In this document: in pieces, positions 21,701 through 32,090 of the stretch
How positions within the stretch are numbered: the stretch's first letter is position 1
Layout of the letters: each line of letters begins with the position of its first letter
Source of the DNA: Bacteroidales bacterium
GTDB taxonomy: Bacteria; Bacteroidota; Bacteroidia; Bacteroidales; JAIOZK01
NCBI GenBank assembly: GCA_021738625.1
Contig: JAIPBS010000007.1
Location: 22,100-86,099, forward strand
Length of the DNA: 64,000 nucleotides
Direction of reading: 5' to 3'
Made by a program: the position numbers and the translations under genes
Notes under the pieces: model-generated
The model's input: only the letters and a program-made list of their open reading frames with translations
The model's database searches: none
What the model was told of the DNA's origin: nothing

Positions 21701-24700
21701 ATTCCTCTTCTATGGGGACTTCCAGCTTTATTTTTTCATTCCTTAATTCGATCCATTTTCTTTTGATGACCTTGCCTTCCAGGATTACTTCAAACAAAAC
21801 CCGGACATTTGCTTTGGAACCTAAGAAGACCGCCGCTTTTTCTCCGGGTTGGCCCGTGATTTTTAAGGGTGTAAACCAGCGAATATCCATCACCTCCAGG
21901 TCATTATCATCGTGATAGATTTCGAAGTATTTCTTGGTTTCCACTTCTTCACCGAATTCATCCGTGGTTTTGGCAACGGCAACATAGGTTCCGGCTTTCC
22001 AATTGGAAAGATTTTCCGGCTCTACTTTTTTACGATCAGCAGTATTGATTGTTTTATCGAAAACCTTTTTTTGCCTTTCCCTGCTGTCGGGATTGTTTTC
22101 ATCATTATAAATATCATGCGGAAACAGCTTGACAAATTCATCCTTCGTCATGATGAATTTATCGGGCCGGCTCCATTTGCGATCAACCATCAGCCGGATG
22201 GGTTCCTTCAATTTGAATATCTGCAATTCCACTTCTGCAGCTTCGTTTTCACCATTCAGATTGGTGGTGTTAACAGAAAATGAAGAAGTTTCATCGGGGT
22301 TGAATTTATCAAGTATCCCCAGGTTGATTAGCAAAGCGTTATATCCGACCGATACCACCGTTTGGTTTGAATGGGTTTCCCCGTTGATGTCGGTCACATC
22401 CGCATAAACCCGGTAACGAAAAACCGGGTAGCTTTTCCTGGAAATGCTCTTATCCGGGATGGCCTTGAAGTCGATTATAAACTCACCGTTTTCATCCGTT
22501 TTGGCGGCGCCGTTTTCAATTTCCATGTCGGGAGAGGCGGGCCAGGGCCTGTACCAGAATCCCCAGATCCAGATCGGGAAGCTGGTTTCGCGCACAACTC
22601 GGTATTTCACATCGGCATGGTCGATGGGATTGCCGGCATAGGCTTTGGCTTTGCCGGTTACTTCAACCTCTTCGCCCAGTTTATAGGTTCCGGTAACCGG
22701 TTCGAAAGTCACCTCGAATTTTGGCCGCTTGTAGTCTTCCACCCTGAAATTCACTGATCCGCTGTTGTTTTCGATGCGCATGCTTCCGTTTAGCACTCCT
22801 TGCGGCGCAGTGAATGTGCCGTGGAAAGAACCGTATTCATTGGTCATCAAATCAAGGGAGGAGATTTCCTGATGGTTGACATCATAAAAGGTGACCGTTG
22901 TTTTTGTTTCGGGCTTGATCTCATAGGTATCGCCCGTTTTTTGAAGCATGATACCTTTGAAATAAATGCTCTGACCGGGCCGGTAAATTTTCCTGTCGGT
23001 GAAAAAATAAGTTACCGTCATATCATCGGGTTCGTTGTCATAGTGATAGCTGTAAAACAGACTTTCCGACCAAAGGGTATCATATTTATGAATGAATTTT
23101 ACCGTAAAGTTTTTCCTGTTAAGATTTTTGATGGGCAATTTCAGGTAGCCTTTTTCATCTGCCTGGTAATTCCCCAGCTCTTTGTATGAATACTCCCTGT
23201 TGTGATAGTCATATTTTTCTTCGTATAAATAAGCTTGCACATAAGGCATGGCTTCGCCCGTTTTGCGGTTCAGCAGGTAAAACTCCTGATCGCCGTTTTT
23301 GCTTCTGTGGTTGATATAGCTGATATCCGAAACAAAGAAACTGGCGTAGGCCACGGTTTCTTCATCGGTTTTGAAATCGGGATCGGAACCCACCAGCACG
23401 GCATAATATCCGGGCTCCAGGTCGGGCAGGGCGACCTGAACAGCATGTTGCTGGTAATCCCCGTCCACAGGCATGTCTTCCGTCCAGTCGGCCAGGGGTT
23501 TCAGTTCAAGAAGATATTCTTTGATCAGCTCCACATTTCGTTTGCCGCGGCTTTCTTCATTGTATTTTTTGTAATCCAGTTCCAGGATCCTGAAGTGCGC
23601 CTTTTCAACATTTTTAAAATTCAGCAATGCCAGGATGGACTCGCGGGGTATATTCACACTTTCGGTTTGCAGGCTGAGTGATTTTTTCTCTATCTGCTTT
23701 AAAAGCGATTTGCAGTTTTTAGCGCCCCTTGATTCGGGAAAGCGGTTCATGGCCGAGAGGCAGGTTTCAAAGGCTTTTTTCTTGTCCCATTTGTGATTGT
23801 CAGAGGTTAGCGGATCATATTGCTCACCCAGTGAAGAATACGTTTGAGCAATTTTATAAGACACATCTGTTGAGGCGGGATCATCGATGTATTTCTTTTC
23901 CAGATTTTGCAAAACGGAAAGGTAAAGACTGTCTTTCTGGTTGGGCAGGATGGCGTTGTTGTAAACAAAGTTCAGGCGTTTCAGGTCGGCGTCGATCAGG
24001 GGAGCGGGATCTTCATCATCCAGGTGAAAAGCGATCAGATCCTGCATGATCAGCAAGGCATGGTATTTCAGGGAAAGGCTGTCTCTGGTTTTTAGATTTA
24101 GTTTTGCGAATTCCCCGGCCGGATCAAAATATTTGGTTTCATCAATCTCGAAACGGTAAGAAGGCCGGTTCACGGCGCTTTCATCATTCATAAAAAAGTC
24201 GACGGCGCGATGGGCCAAAAAATCGTAAAGCGTTGGCCGGTATTCATCCGATCCGTTGGCTTGCTGCAGGATGGCCGAGAACTTATCTATCTTGATTTCC
24301 TTCAGCTTTTCTGAATTTTCGAGGGAGGCCTTGTAATGCCCGATGATCTTTTCCAGGATTTTGTTGAGGTCCCAGGTGAGTATATCGTCATCCTGAATTT
24401 CCGTGGTGGTGGTCTTTTCCAGAAAACGGTATCTGTTTTTCTGGTAATAACCCCAATAGACTTCGGCCAGGATGGAATGCAGCAATTGCTTGTCGGGTGT
24501 ATCCGAGGTCTCAATATCCTGCTGAAGGTCATCGATGACTTTCACAAGAAAATCTTCCTCATAATTGCTGATGAGTCGCATTTTGTACAGGACGGCTTTG
24601 ATAAACTGCGGGCTGTTGTTTTCCTTGCGAGCGTCCTGGTATATCTCTTCAACGATTTCCAGGGCGGATTTAGGAAGGCCTTTGCTGATCAGCTCTTCTA

Positions 24701-24845
24701 CTTCTTTCCATTGTTTTTCGTAGTTTTTGTCTTTGGGCATGCCGGTTTGCGGGTTCATGGGTGCGGGATTTGAATCATTGATTGTTGAGGCGATCAGGCC
24801 CGCTGCGAGCAGGGCGAGCAGGATCGCAAAAAATTTTGCTTTCAT
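18768..24845 (-). CDS. Alpha-2-macroglobulin family protein (2025 aa)
   Basis: Signal peptide, MG-type repeats, and a thioester-type CxEQ motif (YPYECSEQVFSRF) followed by a thioester-domain-like helical region. Confidence 0.85.
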   Translation of the reverse strand: MKAKFFAILLALLAAGLIASTINDSNPAPMNPQTGMPKDKNYEKQWKEVEELISKGLPKSALEIVEEIYQDARKENNSPQFIKAVLYKMRLISNYEEDFLVKVIDDLQQDIETSDTPDKQLLHSILAEVYWGYYQKNRYRFLEKTTTTEIQDDDILTWDLNKILEKIIGHYKASLENSEKLKEIKIDKFSAILQQANGSDEYRPTLYDFLAHRAVDFFMNDESAVNRPSYRFEIDETKYFDPAGEFAKLNLKTRDSLSLKYHALLIMQDLIAFHLDDEDPAPLIDADLKRLNFVYNNAILPNQKDSLYLSVLQNLEKKYIDDPASTDVSYKIAQTYSSLGEQYDPLTSDNHKWDKKKAFETCLSAMNRFPESRGAKNCKSLLKQIEKKSLSLQTESVNIPRESILALLNFKNVEKAHFRILELDYKKYNEESRGKRNVELIKEYLLELKPLADWTEDMPVDGDYQQHAVQVALPDLEPGYYAVLVGSDPDFKTDEETVAYASFFVSDISYINHRSKNGDQEFYLLNRKTGEAMPYVQAYLYEEKYDYHNREYSYKELGNYQADEKGYLKLPIKNLNRKNFTVKFIHKYDTLWSESLFYSYHYDNEPDDMTVTYFFTDRKIYRPGQSIYFKGIMLQKTGDTYEIKPETKTTVTFYDVNHQEISSLDLMTNEYGSFHGTFTAPQGVLNGSMRIENNSGSVNFRVEDYKRPKFEVTFEPVTGTYKLGEEVEVTGKAKAYAGNPIDHADVKYRVVRETSFPIWIWGFWYRPWPASPDMEIENGAAKTDENGEFIIDFKAIPDKSISRKSYPVFRYRVYADVTDINGETHSNQTVVSVGYNALLINLGILDKFNPDETSSFSVNTTNLNGENEAAEVELQIFKLKEPIRLMVDRKWSRPDKFIMTKDEFVKLFPHDIYNDENNPDSRERQKKVFDKTINTADRKKVEPENLSNWKAGTYVAVAKTTDEFGEEVETKKYFEIYHDDNDLEVMDIRWFTPLKITGQPGEKAAVFLGSKANVRVLFEVILEGKVIKRKWIELRNEKIKLEVPIEEEYRGNFGLSLSFVKYNRIFQNIQNITVPYANKELQIEFATFRDKLKPGQKEEWQITIKGPKGEKAAAEMLATMYDASLDVFAENSWHFNLYPSRYISLNWNSGQNFGIVSSRSYENYSWTSPIYQSYDKLNWFGFSFYGRYRVLGMGAEEDRMEAPMKLSEVEVVEEEASPPMVKESAEPGQPDKQPQAEKETTPVQVRKDFRETAFFYPDLKTNEDGEIVLSFSMPEALTRWKMLGLAYTKDLKVGKVQKELVTQKELMVVPNQPRFFREDDTILFSSKIASLVEKDLSGEVELQLFNALNMKPIDDLLQLKNAKKDFKLEAGQSTSVSWQLIIPEGLQAITYRIIAKAGNFSDGEEMAIPVLPNRMLVTESLPLPVRGEETKKFEFEKLVKSANEPTLSHYRLTLEFTSNPAWYAVQALPYLMEYPYECSEQVFSRFYANSLATHIANSSPKIKQVFESWKNLSPDALLSNLEKNQELKSVLLEETPWVRQAKNESERKRRIALLFDLNKMSYELENALLKLQQMQSSNGGWPWFEGMRDNRYITQHIVTGMGHLKHLKVANIMDDKKTSNMIRQAVLYLDDRIREDYEELKKNRPDKMDEDQIGQIQIQYLYARSFFKDEIEIRKSNQEAFRYYRDQASEFWVEKNIYMQGMISLALNSYGYKTTPSDIIKSLKERSLRSEEMGMYWRNNNGWYWYQAPIERQALLIEAFDEVANDLKSVEEMKIWLLKQKQTQSWKTTKATTEAVYALILRGTDLLESDELVEITLGSLKIDPANDPEIDTEAGTGYFKKSWSASEIKPSMGDITVTKNDPGIAWGALYWQYFQDLDKITPHETPLSLEKKLFVEKNTDRGPVIEAIKKDADIEIGDKVIVRIILRSDRDMEYIHLKDMRASSFEPVNVLSGYNWQDGLGYYESTRDASTNFFMDYLPKGTYVFEYPLIASQAGDFSNGIATIQCMYAPEFTSHSEGIRISVKP

Positions 24846-25136
24846 GACGTCGGTTTTTGTTAAACAAAGAAAATCAAAAAATTAACGCGTAGAGTTTTTT
24901 CGATGCCGATAGTTTTTAAGCTTTCCGGCTGTGAAAACAAATATTGTACCTTTTTGAAGCAGGCTTCTGTCTGATAAAAATGTAATGCCACCAAATCAAA
25001 AAATCACAAAAAGTAAGTAAATGATTTTTATGCAATAAAATTCCGGCATTGCCGTTAATCTTTCCAACAAAAACCAAAAACATATTTTATAGATACTTTT
25101 TCTACCCTGAACAACCAATATAAAAAACTCAGTGTC

Positions 25137-26513
25137 ATGAAAAAAGTATCATTATTATTCCTTGCAAGCTTAATCGGCATTACTGTATTCTCTCAATCCG
25201 TTTCCGACAACTATGATGATGTGGCTGTTATCATGAACAGCAACAGCGATGCTTCGTTGGAAATCGGAACTTACTTTGCCCAGCAACGTGAAATTCCCTT
25301 AGCAAATCTGATCTATATCGATTGTCCTGATGTGGAGATCATCGATACTGCAGGGTTCAGGATTCTGAGCAATCAGATCAGAAACGGCCTTGAAGAAGCA
25401 GGCCTGTCAGAGCAAATCAACTACCTGGTTACCACAAAAGGCATTCCCGTCAACATTCAATACGGTGACAGCTGTGTGGGAGTTGAAGCTGTCAAGTGCC
25501 GTTCGGTGGACAATAAGCTGACCACCCTGAACAGCAGCTGGGTAGATGATTATATGAGGCCTCAATATCAGAATAACCCCTATTATAAATCTCTGGTAAA
25601 TTTCAACAGTGAGGATTTTGAAATGTATTTGGTTTCCCGGCTTGACGGCTTTACGGCAGACAGCGTCAAATCTTTGATCGACCGGAGCGGACCCGCTCAA
25701 CTGATCGAAAAAGAACAGGCCCGGATAGTTATAGATTTTTATCATCATGATACCGCCGGCCTCATAAATGTATTCGAACACCGGTTTCAAGAAGCTATCG
25801 CCTTTTTAAACAATAACAACTGGAATTTGATCTATGATCCTGATAGCAGCCTGATTACAGAACAAGATAATGTTTTGATCTATGCCGGCCTGATCTATGA
25901 TACGGGTTTAAACCAACCCGGATTCAGCTGGACGAATGGTGCCATTGCTTCCAGGATGCTGACCAACAGCAATTATTCTTTTTATTACGACGGTAATGAT
26001 ATTCAATACAGTGCGATGAAACTGGTGAATTCGGGCGCTACGGGTGGCGGCAGCTACATCAATCCGTATTTTGCTTCCATGAGCTATGACCCTTATGTAT
26101 GGTATTCGAGGTATCTGAATGATACTTCAGAAACCACATTCAACCTGGCTGAAAGTTATCATGCATCTTTAAGAAACTTATCTGCACAATACATTTTAGT
26201 GGGCGATCCCAAAACCAGCCTGCTGATCAGTCATACCGGTTTTGATGAAAACCCGGTCATCAGCGGCATATCTGTTTTTCCCAATCCGGTTGATGATGAC
26301 TTTACCATTGAATTCAGCAGCAAATCGAAGGGGGAGGTCAACATCCGTATCGTCGATTTGAAGGGGCGGGTTGTTTCCAGCCGTTTCCATGAACAGGCTG
26401 AGGGCATCAACCGCATTCGCCTGGACGCCTCCGAGATCCCGCAGGGAATTTATGCCATCATCCTGGGCGATGAAAATGGATACAGATTTTCTAAAAAGCT
26501 TGTGAAACTTTAA
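25137..26513 (+). CDS. Secreted protein with a T9SS C-terminal sorting domain. The N-terminal region resembles the TIGR03790 family.
   Basis: Signal peptide. C-terminal ISVFPNPVDDDFTIEF...GIYAIIL. The family call for the N-terminal part is from memory only. Confidence 0.5.
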   Translation: MKKVSLLFLASLIGITVFSQSVSDNYDDVAVIMNSNSDASLEIGTYFAQQREIPLANLIYIDCPDVEIIDTAGFRILSNQIRNGLEEAGLSEQINYLVTTKGIPVNIQYGDSCVGVEAVKCRSVDNKLTTLNSSWVDDYMRPQYQNNPYYKSLVNFNSEDFEMYLVSRLDGFTADSVKSLIDRSGPAQLIEKEQARIVIDFYHHDTAGLINVFEHRFQEAIAFLNNNNWNLIYDPDSSLITEQDNVLIYAGLIYDTGLNQPGFSWTNGAIASRMLTNSNYSFYYDGNDIQYSAMKLVNSGATGGGSYINPYFASMSYDPYVWYSRYLNDTSETTFNLAESYHASLRNLSAQYILVGDPKTSLLISHTGFDENPVISGISVFPNPVDDDFTIEFSSKSKGEVNIRIVDLKGRVVSSRFHEQAEGINRIRLDASEIPQGIYAIILGDENGYRFSKKLVKL

Positions 26514-27319
26514 TCGATCCTTGCTGTTAGCGGATTTGCCAAATTGTTGTAGTCGATCAGCTCGATCTTCACCGAACCGATGATCACTTCCGATTCCACA
26601 AGCAATGGGATGTGGTTTCTATCGTCGCTCACCCACAGGGTCATGGGATATTCGGTGTCGAACACTTCTCCTTTGGCAACTTTAGGCTGGAAAACCAGTG
26701 ATCTGAAGCGGCCAAGCTTGGTTTCGATGTCCTGTCGGCCCCTGAAGAGAATTTTGGAATTGTAAACCGAATCATCCAGGTGGAACATTACACTGAGGGT
26801 ATCGCCCTTTTCCAGGTCGGTCATGGGCAGGTTTCGCATATAGAAAAAAGCCGAAACAATATCCTGCACGTAGGGTGGCACATCCCGTTCCATAGTGGTA
26901 CTTTTGGCCGTGTTTTCAAACTGGTTGAACACCACTTTATCATCCTTTCTGAAACTGCCTTCCCGGGTTTGCCTGATAAAGAGCCAGGGGGCTAAAGTTT
27001 CGGTATCCACATAGGACTCGAACTTATCGCGTACCTTAAAAAACCAGTTGAACAATCCAACCGATCTGCCGATCACTTCCAGATGGTAGGTATCCCGTCC
27101 GTGAAATTTCTTGTTGTCATCAAGTACCCTAACCGTTCCAATTCCTGCAGTGAGTCCGGAAGTAACCCACGAATCATAAAAAACGCGGTATTTTAAATAC
27201 TCACCTCGTTTGAATGCCCGGTTATCAAGAGATCTTAAATTATCCGTAAAGGAAACCAACAGAATCAATCCTGATAGAATAAAAAGTGCTAAGATTGTTT
27301 TTTTCATAAAATAATTCAA
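26510..27319 (-). CDS. DUF3108-like protein
   Basis: Signal anchor and the pattern GEYLKYRVFYDS...GIGTVRV...YHLEVIGRSVG. Confidence 0.5.
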   Translation of the reverse strand: MNYFMKKTILALFILSGLILLVSFTDNLRSLDNRAFKRGEYLKYRVFYDSWVTSGLTAGIGTVRVLDDNKKFHGRDTYHLEVIGRSVGLFNWFFKVRDKFESYVDTETLAPWLFIRQTREGSFRKDDKVVFNQFENTAKSTTMERDVPPYVQDIVSAFFYMRNLPMTDLEKGDTLSVMFHLDDSVYNSKILFRGRQDIETKLGRFRSLVFQPKVAKGEVFDTEYPMTLWVSDDRNHIPLLVESEVIIGSVKIELIDYNNLANPLTARID

Positions 27320-30300
27320 TTAAACAACCACATTGATGATCCGTTTGGGTACAAAAATGATCTTTTTGGGCTGCTTGCCGGCCAGCCATTTTTGAGCCCC
27401 TTCTGCTTGCAGAACGGCTTTCTCGGCATCTTCTTTTGAAATATCCAGAGGCAGTTCCAGTTTAAAACGCAGTTTACCATTAAACGATACGGGGTATTCA
27501 AAAGTATTTTCTTTGATATATTCTTCCTTATAATCCGGAAAAGCAATAATCGCAATGCTTGGTCGATGGCCCAACTTGCTCCACAGCTCCTCGGCTGTAT
27601 GAGGGGCATAGGGCGAAAGCAAAACAAGCAGGGGTTCCAGAATATCCCTTTTATTGCATTTCAGATCGGTGAGCTCGTTCACACAGATCATGAAAGCGCT
27701 GACCACGGTATTGAAAGAAAAACGCTCGATGTCGTTCCTCACCTTCTGAATGGTTTTGTGCAATACTTTCAATTCATCTTTTGTGGGCTGGTCTTCAGAA
27801 ATATTTAAGTTGTTGTCCTTGTCGAAATACAGCCTCCACAATTTCCTGATGAAACGGTACACCCCTTCGATGCCCTGTGTATCCCAGGGCTTATGGGTTT
27901 CCAACGGACCCAGAAACATTTCGTAAAGCCTGAAAGTATCGGCTCCGTACTTTTCGATCAGTTCGTCGGGGTTTTGTACATTGTGCTTTGATTTCGACAT
28001 TTTCTCCACTTCCCATCCGCAGACATATTTGTCATCCTTCATAATGAACTCTGCATCTGCAAACTCAGGTCGCCATTTTTTAAATGCTTCGATGTTGAGG
28101 ATATCGTTTTCAACAAGATTGATATCCACATGAATGGGAGTGGTAAACTGGATCAGCTCTTTCACATCTTTTGACACAAACACCGGGTTGATCTTTTTGA
28201 TCTCATGCTCGAAGTTGATTTCCAGGTCGTCAGCCTTTATGGCTTCTTTGATCCGGTTCACAACATGATCGACGTTTTCCTTGATGTCGTAAAGCGGAAT
28301 AAACAAAAACCTGACATTCTTTTCCCGGGCGTATGGTTTATAATAATGCGCTAGTTTTTCCAGGTTTTTCTGGCTTTTGATCTCCAGGATCAAACCGGCC
28401 TCTCTACTGTAAAAGTCAAACTGTCTGTGTCCGTCTTTAAAATCTCTTACAAACTCTACGCCCAGTTTTTTGTCTTTGATGGCTTCCCAAATAAGGTGTT
28501 CAGCGTATTTTTCATAATTCAGCCGGTAAACAAAACTGCTCCTACCCTGTATCTTGCCCTGGTTGATCAGCTTTTTAAAAGGTTCTTCCTCGCAAACCCG
28601 GCCCAGGTCGTAGAGGAACATATTCCAGAAACGGGCATAGATCAGGTGGCCGGTGCCGTGCTCATCGCCGCCCAGGTACAGATCAACGTTGCGCCAGTAT
28701 TCATTGGCTTCCTTTGAAAAATATTCGTTTTGATTTTTTGGGTCCATATAGCGGAGATAATATCCGCTTGATCCTGCAAAACCGGGCATGGTATTGGTTT
28801 CGAGCGGATAACCTTCTTTGGTCTTCCAGTCTTTGGCCCGGGCCAGGGGCGGTTCCCCGCTTTCTGTTGGGAGATACTTATCCACATCGGGCAGCCTGAG
28901 CGGCAATTCGCTTTCGTCCAGGGGATAAGGCATGCCGTCCTTATAATAGATCGGGAAGGGTTCTCCCCAATATCGTTGCCTGCTGAAGATGGCGTCACGC
29001 AGGCGGTAATTGATCCTGCCTTCGCCCAGCTCGTTTTCCTCAAGCCATTTGATGGTGGCTTTGATGCCTTCTTCCACATTCATTCCTGTAATGAAACCCG
29101 AATTGATCATCACACCCTCTTTGGCGTCATAGGAATCATCCCATGTTTGAGGGTCGGATTCTTCTTCCCCTTCTTTTTTCACCACCTGAACGATGGGAAT
29201 GTTGAAATGCCTGGCAAATTTAAAATCGCGGCTGTCGTGGGCCGGTACCGCCATGATGGCTCCGGTGCCGTAGCCTGACAACACATAATCCGCCACCCAT
29301 ATCGGTATCTTTTTACCGTTCACCGGGTTGATGCCGTATGCTCCGGTGAACTCCCCAGTGATCTTGTTGACCTCTGAGATCCTGTCGCGCTCGGAGCGGT
29401 TTTTAGCCCAATTTACATATTTTCCAATTTTTGATTTTCGATCTTCAGAAGTGATTTTTTCAACTAGTTCGTGTTCGGGAGCCAGAACCATAAAAGTAGC
29501 TCCCCACAAGGTATCTGGTCGAGTAGTGAATACTACAATAACATCATCAAAACCCTCCAGGTTGAATTCGACAGAAGCTCCTTCAGAGCGGCCAATCCAA
29601 TTCCTTTGCACTTCTTTCAACGATTCGAACCAGTCGATTTTTTCCAGTCCATCGAGCAAGCGCTGGGCATAAGCCGAGATGCGCAGCGACCATTGTTTCA
29701 TCAGCTTGCGTTCCACCGGGTGGCCGCCCCTTTCCGAAAAGCCGTCTTTCACCTCGTCATTGGCCAGAACGGTTCCCAGGGCGGGGCACCAGTTCACCAT
29801 GGTATTCGACAAATAGGCCAGGCGATAGTTCATCAGAACTTCCTGCTGCTGCTTTTCATTCATCTGCTTCCATTCATCCGCCGAAAACACTTCTTCCTGG
29901 CTGCAGGCAGCTTCTAGATTGCCGTTGCCTTCTTCACCGAAAAGTTCAATCAGTTTGTCGATTCCTTCCGCCTTGTCCGTCTTTTTGTTATACCATGATT
30001 TGAAAAGTTGTATAAACGTCCATTGCGTCCATTTGTAATAATCCGGATCGCAGGTTTGCACTTGCCGGTCCCAGTCGTAGGAAAAACCGATTCGGTCCAT
30101 CTGTTCGCGATAACGCTTAATATTTTTCTCAGTAGTCACCGCCGGATGGGTTCCGGTTTGAATGGCGTATTGCTCGGCTGGAAGTCCGTAGGCATCATAG
30201 CCCATCGGATGCAATACATTAAATCCCAGGTGTTTTTTGTATCTTGAATAGATGTCGGAAGCGATATACCCCAGGGGATGGCCCACATGCAGCCCGGCTC

Positions 30301-30457
30301 CCGAGGGATAAGGAAACATATCGAGCACATAATACTTGGGTTTTTTGTGATCGATCTCAACATGAAAAGTCTTGTTTTCACTCCAGTACTTTTGCCACTT
30401 CTTCTCAATTTCCTGATGATTGTAATCCATTCTTTGCGTTTTATTTGGAATGTGCAA
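27320..30457 (-). CDS. leuS: Leucine--tRNA ligase (1045 aa, with an extra inserted domain)
   Basis: [16 protein letters not shown] (HIGH-type), CP1 editing domain, and KMSKS at residue 819 (28001-28003 is its first Lys codon). Confidence 0.95.
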   Translation of the reverse strand: MHIPNKTQRMDYNHQEIEKKWQKYWSENKTFHVEIDHKKPKYYVLDMFPYPSGAGLHVGHPLGYIASDIYSRYKKHLGFNVLHPMGYDAYGLPAEQYAIQTGTHPAVTTEKNIKRYREQMDRIGFSYDWDRQVQTCDPDYYKWTQWTFIQLFKSWYNKKTDKAEGIDKLIELFGEEGNGNLEAACSQEEVFSADEWKQMNEKQQQEVLMNYRLAYLSNTMVNWCPALGTVLANDEVKDGFSERGGHPVERKLMKQWSLRISAYAQRLLDGLEKIDWFESLKEVQRNWIGRSEGASVEFNLEGFDDVIVVFTTRPDTLWGATFMVLAPEHELVEKITSEDRKSKIGKYVNWAKNRSERDRISEVNKITGEFTGAYGINPVNGKKIPIWVADYVLSGYGTGAIMAVPAHDSRDFKFARHFNIPIVQVVKKEGEEESDPQTWDDSYDAKEGVMINSGFITGMNVEEGIKATIKWLEENELGEGRINYRLRDAIFSRQRYWGEPFPIYYKDGMPYPLDESELPLRLPDVDKYLPTESGEPPLARAKDWKTKEGYPLETNTMPGFAGSSGYYLRYMDPKNQNEYFSKEANEYWRNVDLYLGGDEHGTGHLIYARFWNMFLYDLGRVCEEEPFKKLINQGKIQGRSSFVYRLNYEKYAEHLIWEAIKDKKLGVEFVRDFKDGHRQFDFYSREAGLILEIKSQKNLEKLAHYYKPYAREKNVRFLFIPLYDIKENVDHVVNRIKEAIKADDLEINFEHEIKKINPVFVSKDVKELIQFTTPIHVDINLVENDILNIEAFKKWRPEFADAEFIMKDDKYVCGWEVEKMSKSKHNVQNPDELIEKYGADTFRLYEMFLGPLETHKPWDTQGIEGVYRFIRKLWRLYFDKDNNLNISEDQPTKDELKVLHKTIQKVRNDIERFSFNTVVSAFMICVNELTDLKCNKRDILEPLLVLLSPYAPHTAEELWSKLGHRPSIAIIAFPDYKEEYIKENTFEYPVSFNGKLRFKLELPLDISKEDAEKAVLQAEGAQKWLAGKQPKKIIFVPKRIINVVV

Positions 30458-30516
30458 AGTTAATCAATCGGGAAGAACTGTGAATGAGCGTAGGATAAGT
30501 TAAGAATCAGTTTAAA

Positions 30517-30846
30517 ATGCTTACTTTTATGCTGATTATGGAAGAGAAGAAAAACACACCGGAATTCATAAAACCACAGTATTTCTGGGATGTGGATGTT
30601 GAGAATTTGCATCTTCAGGAATCCGAAAGATTGATCATCGAAAGGATATTTAGTTTGGGAACACTGGATGATATTAAATCCGTGATCAGGTTTTATGGAA
30701 AAGAAGATGTGATAAATACCCTCATGAAAATCAACTACCTTGATCCGAAAACCCTGAATTTTGTCTCGAAAATGTTCAACAAGCCCAAGACCCAATTTAA
30801 ATGTTATACAAGAATGCAGTCGAAGAGTCCACATTGGAACTCTTAA
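30517..30846 (+). CDS. Small DUF6922-like protein (partner of the AbiEii-type gene)
   Basis: Similar in length and C-terminal pattern to ORF 63457-63753. It overlaps the downstream AbiEii-like ORF. Confidence 0.4.
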   Translation: MLTFMLIMEEKKNTPEFIKPQYFWDVDVENLHLQESERLIIERIFSLGTLDDIKSVIRFYGKEDVINTLMKINYLDPKTLNFVSKMFNKPKTQFKCYTRMQSKSPHWNS

Positions 30847-31124
30847 AATCTATACAATCGAAGGATTATTTAAAGGGCTTTTATTTGGTAGGAGGCACTG
30901 CACTTTCATTGTACTTGGGTCATAGAAAATCGATTGACCTGGATTTGTTTTCAAATTTCAGTCTTAGCGAGCTGCTGGAATTTTACCAGAAAAAATACGG
31001 ACAGGAAAGCAGGATGCCGGCTTTAAAAAATCTGATTTATTTTGATGATGTTGACACCTCAGATTGGCCGGTATTATTGAAAAAGCATGATCTTAACTGG
31101 AAAACTGTAAAAAACGAAACTTGA
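30801..31124 (+). pseudogene. Internally deleted AbiEii/AbiGii-type nucleotidyltransferase toxin gene
   Basis: N-terminal FYLVGGTALSLYLGHRKSIDLDLFS is joined to a short C-terminal end. It is 107 aa, versus an expected length above 200 aa (from memory). Confidence 0.45.
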
Positions 31125-31160
31125 AGACGAGGTATCAGAAATTTTGCAAGTTTAGTTCAC

Positions 31161-31892
31161 TTAATTTTCGGTTAGCTCCCCAAACGAAACATCCATCAGC
31201 TTGTAATCCTCCCATCCCTGGTAATCGTAATGCCACCATTCATAAGGGTAAACCGTGAAACCGTGTTGGTTCATCACATCGATCAGGATTTGCCTGTTTT
31301 GGATCACCTCTTCGGCAAGGTCATCGTAAGTGGGATGAGCGGCTTCGGTAAAGGCGTCGAAAGGTGTGGGCATAGGGATTTCTTCGCCTGTTTCCCGGTC
31401 CACCAGGCTCACATCCACCGCGCAGCCCCTGTTGTGCCTTGATCCGTGCCAGGGAGCTGCCACATACATGGTGTCTGGGTATACTTCATAAAACCTCATG
31501 GTGGCGGCATAGGGGCGGTACGCGTCAAATATCTTCAATGTAAGACCTTGTTCTTTCAGGTCTGATTGTACCTTTTGCAATGATTTGGCAACCGGCAAAC
31601 GTGCAAATGCTTTGGCTTCCGTATAAATAACCTCCCCGGTGAAATTGTTATCGGTAGCATAACGAATATCCAAAACAGCATCAGGCAGGTATTCTTCAAG
31701 GTCAACAAATTTTTTATTTGAATCCCGCTCAACGATCTCAAGATAAGTTTGATAATCATTTACGATCTCAAGATCATAAGGATTTTTGCTGTCCTTTTCG
31801 GTTTTTTCAGTGGCAGGCCCGCAGGCCGTGAATGCCAAAAGGCTAAGCAATATTAGGTAATTGAGAGTTTTCATAAGGATTTTTGTTTTCAA
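31161..31892 (-). CDS. D-alanyl-D-alanine dipeptidase (M15, VanX-like) lipoprotein
   Basis: Lipobox AFTACG. YRPY...HGSRHNRGCAVDVSLVD...EIPMPTPFDAFTEAAH. Confidence 0.8.
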   Translation of the reverse strand: MKTKILMKTLNYLILLSLLAFTACGPATEKTEKDSKNPYDLEIVNDYQTYLEIVERDSNKKFVDLEEYLPDAVLDIRYATDNNFTGEVIYTEAKAFARLPVAKSLQKVQSDLKEQGLTLKIFDAYRPYAATMRFYEVYPDTMYVAAPWHGSRHNRGCAVDVSLVDRETGEEIPMPTPFDAFTEAAHPTYDDLAEEVIQNRQILIDVMNQHGFTVYPYEWWHYDYQGWEDYKLMDVSFGELTEN

Positions 31893-32090
31893 AATTAAAA
31901 AATTAATTTGCTATATTTATCCCTGATGAATGAGAAAAGGATCATTTGGAGCACCATACCTACCGTGCTCGAATCGGACAAATACAAGCGCAAAAAGAGT
32001 GGTAAAAAGAAAGTTCCTTTATGAACAAATTGTAAACGTCAGACCGAAAGCTCTCGTACGAACATATTTTATTAATTTAGCCCCCAAAAT

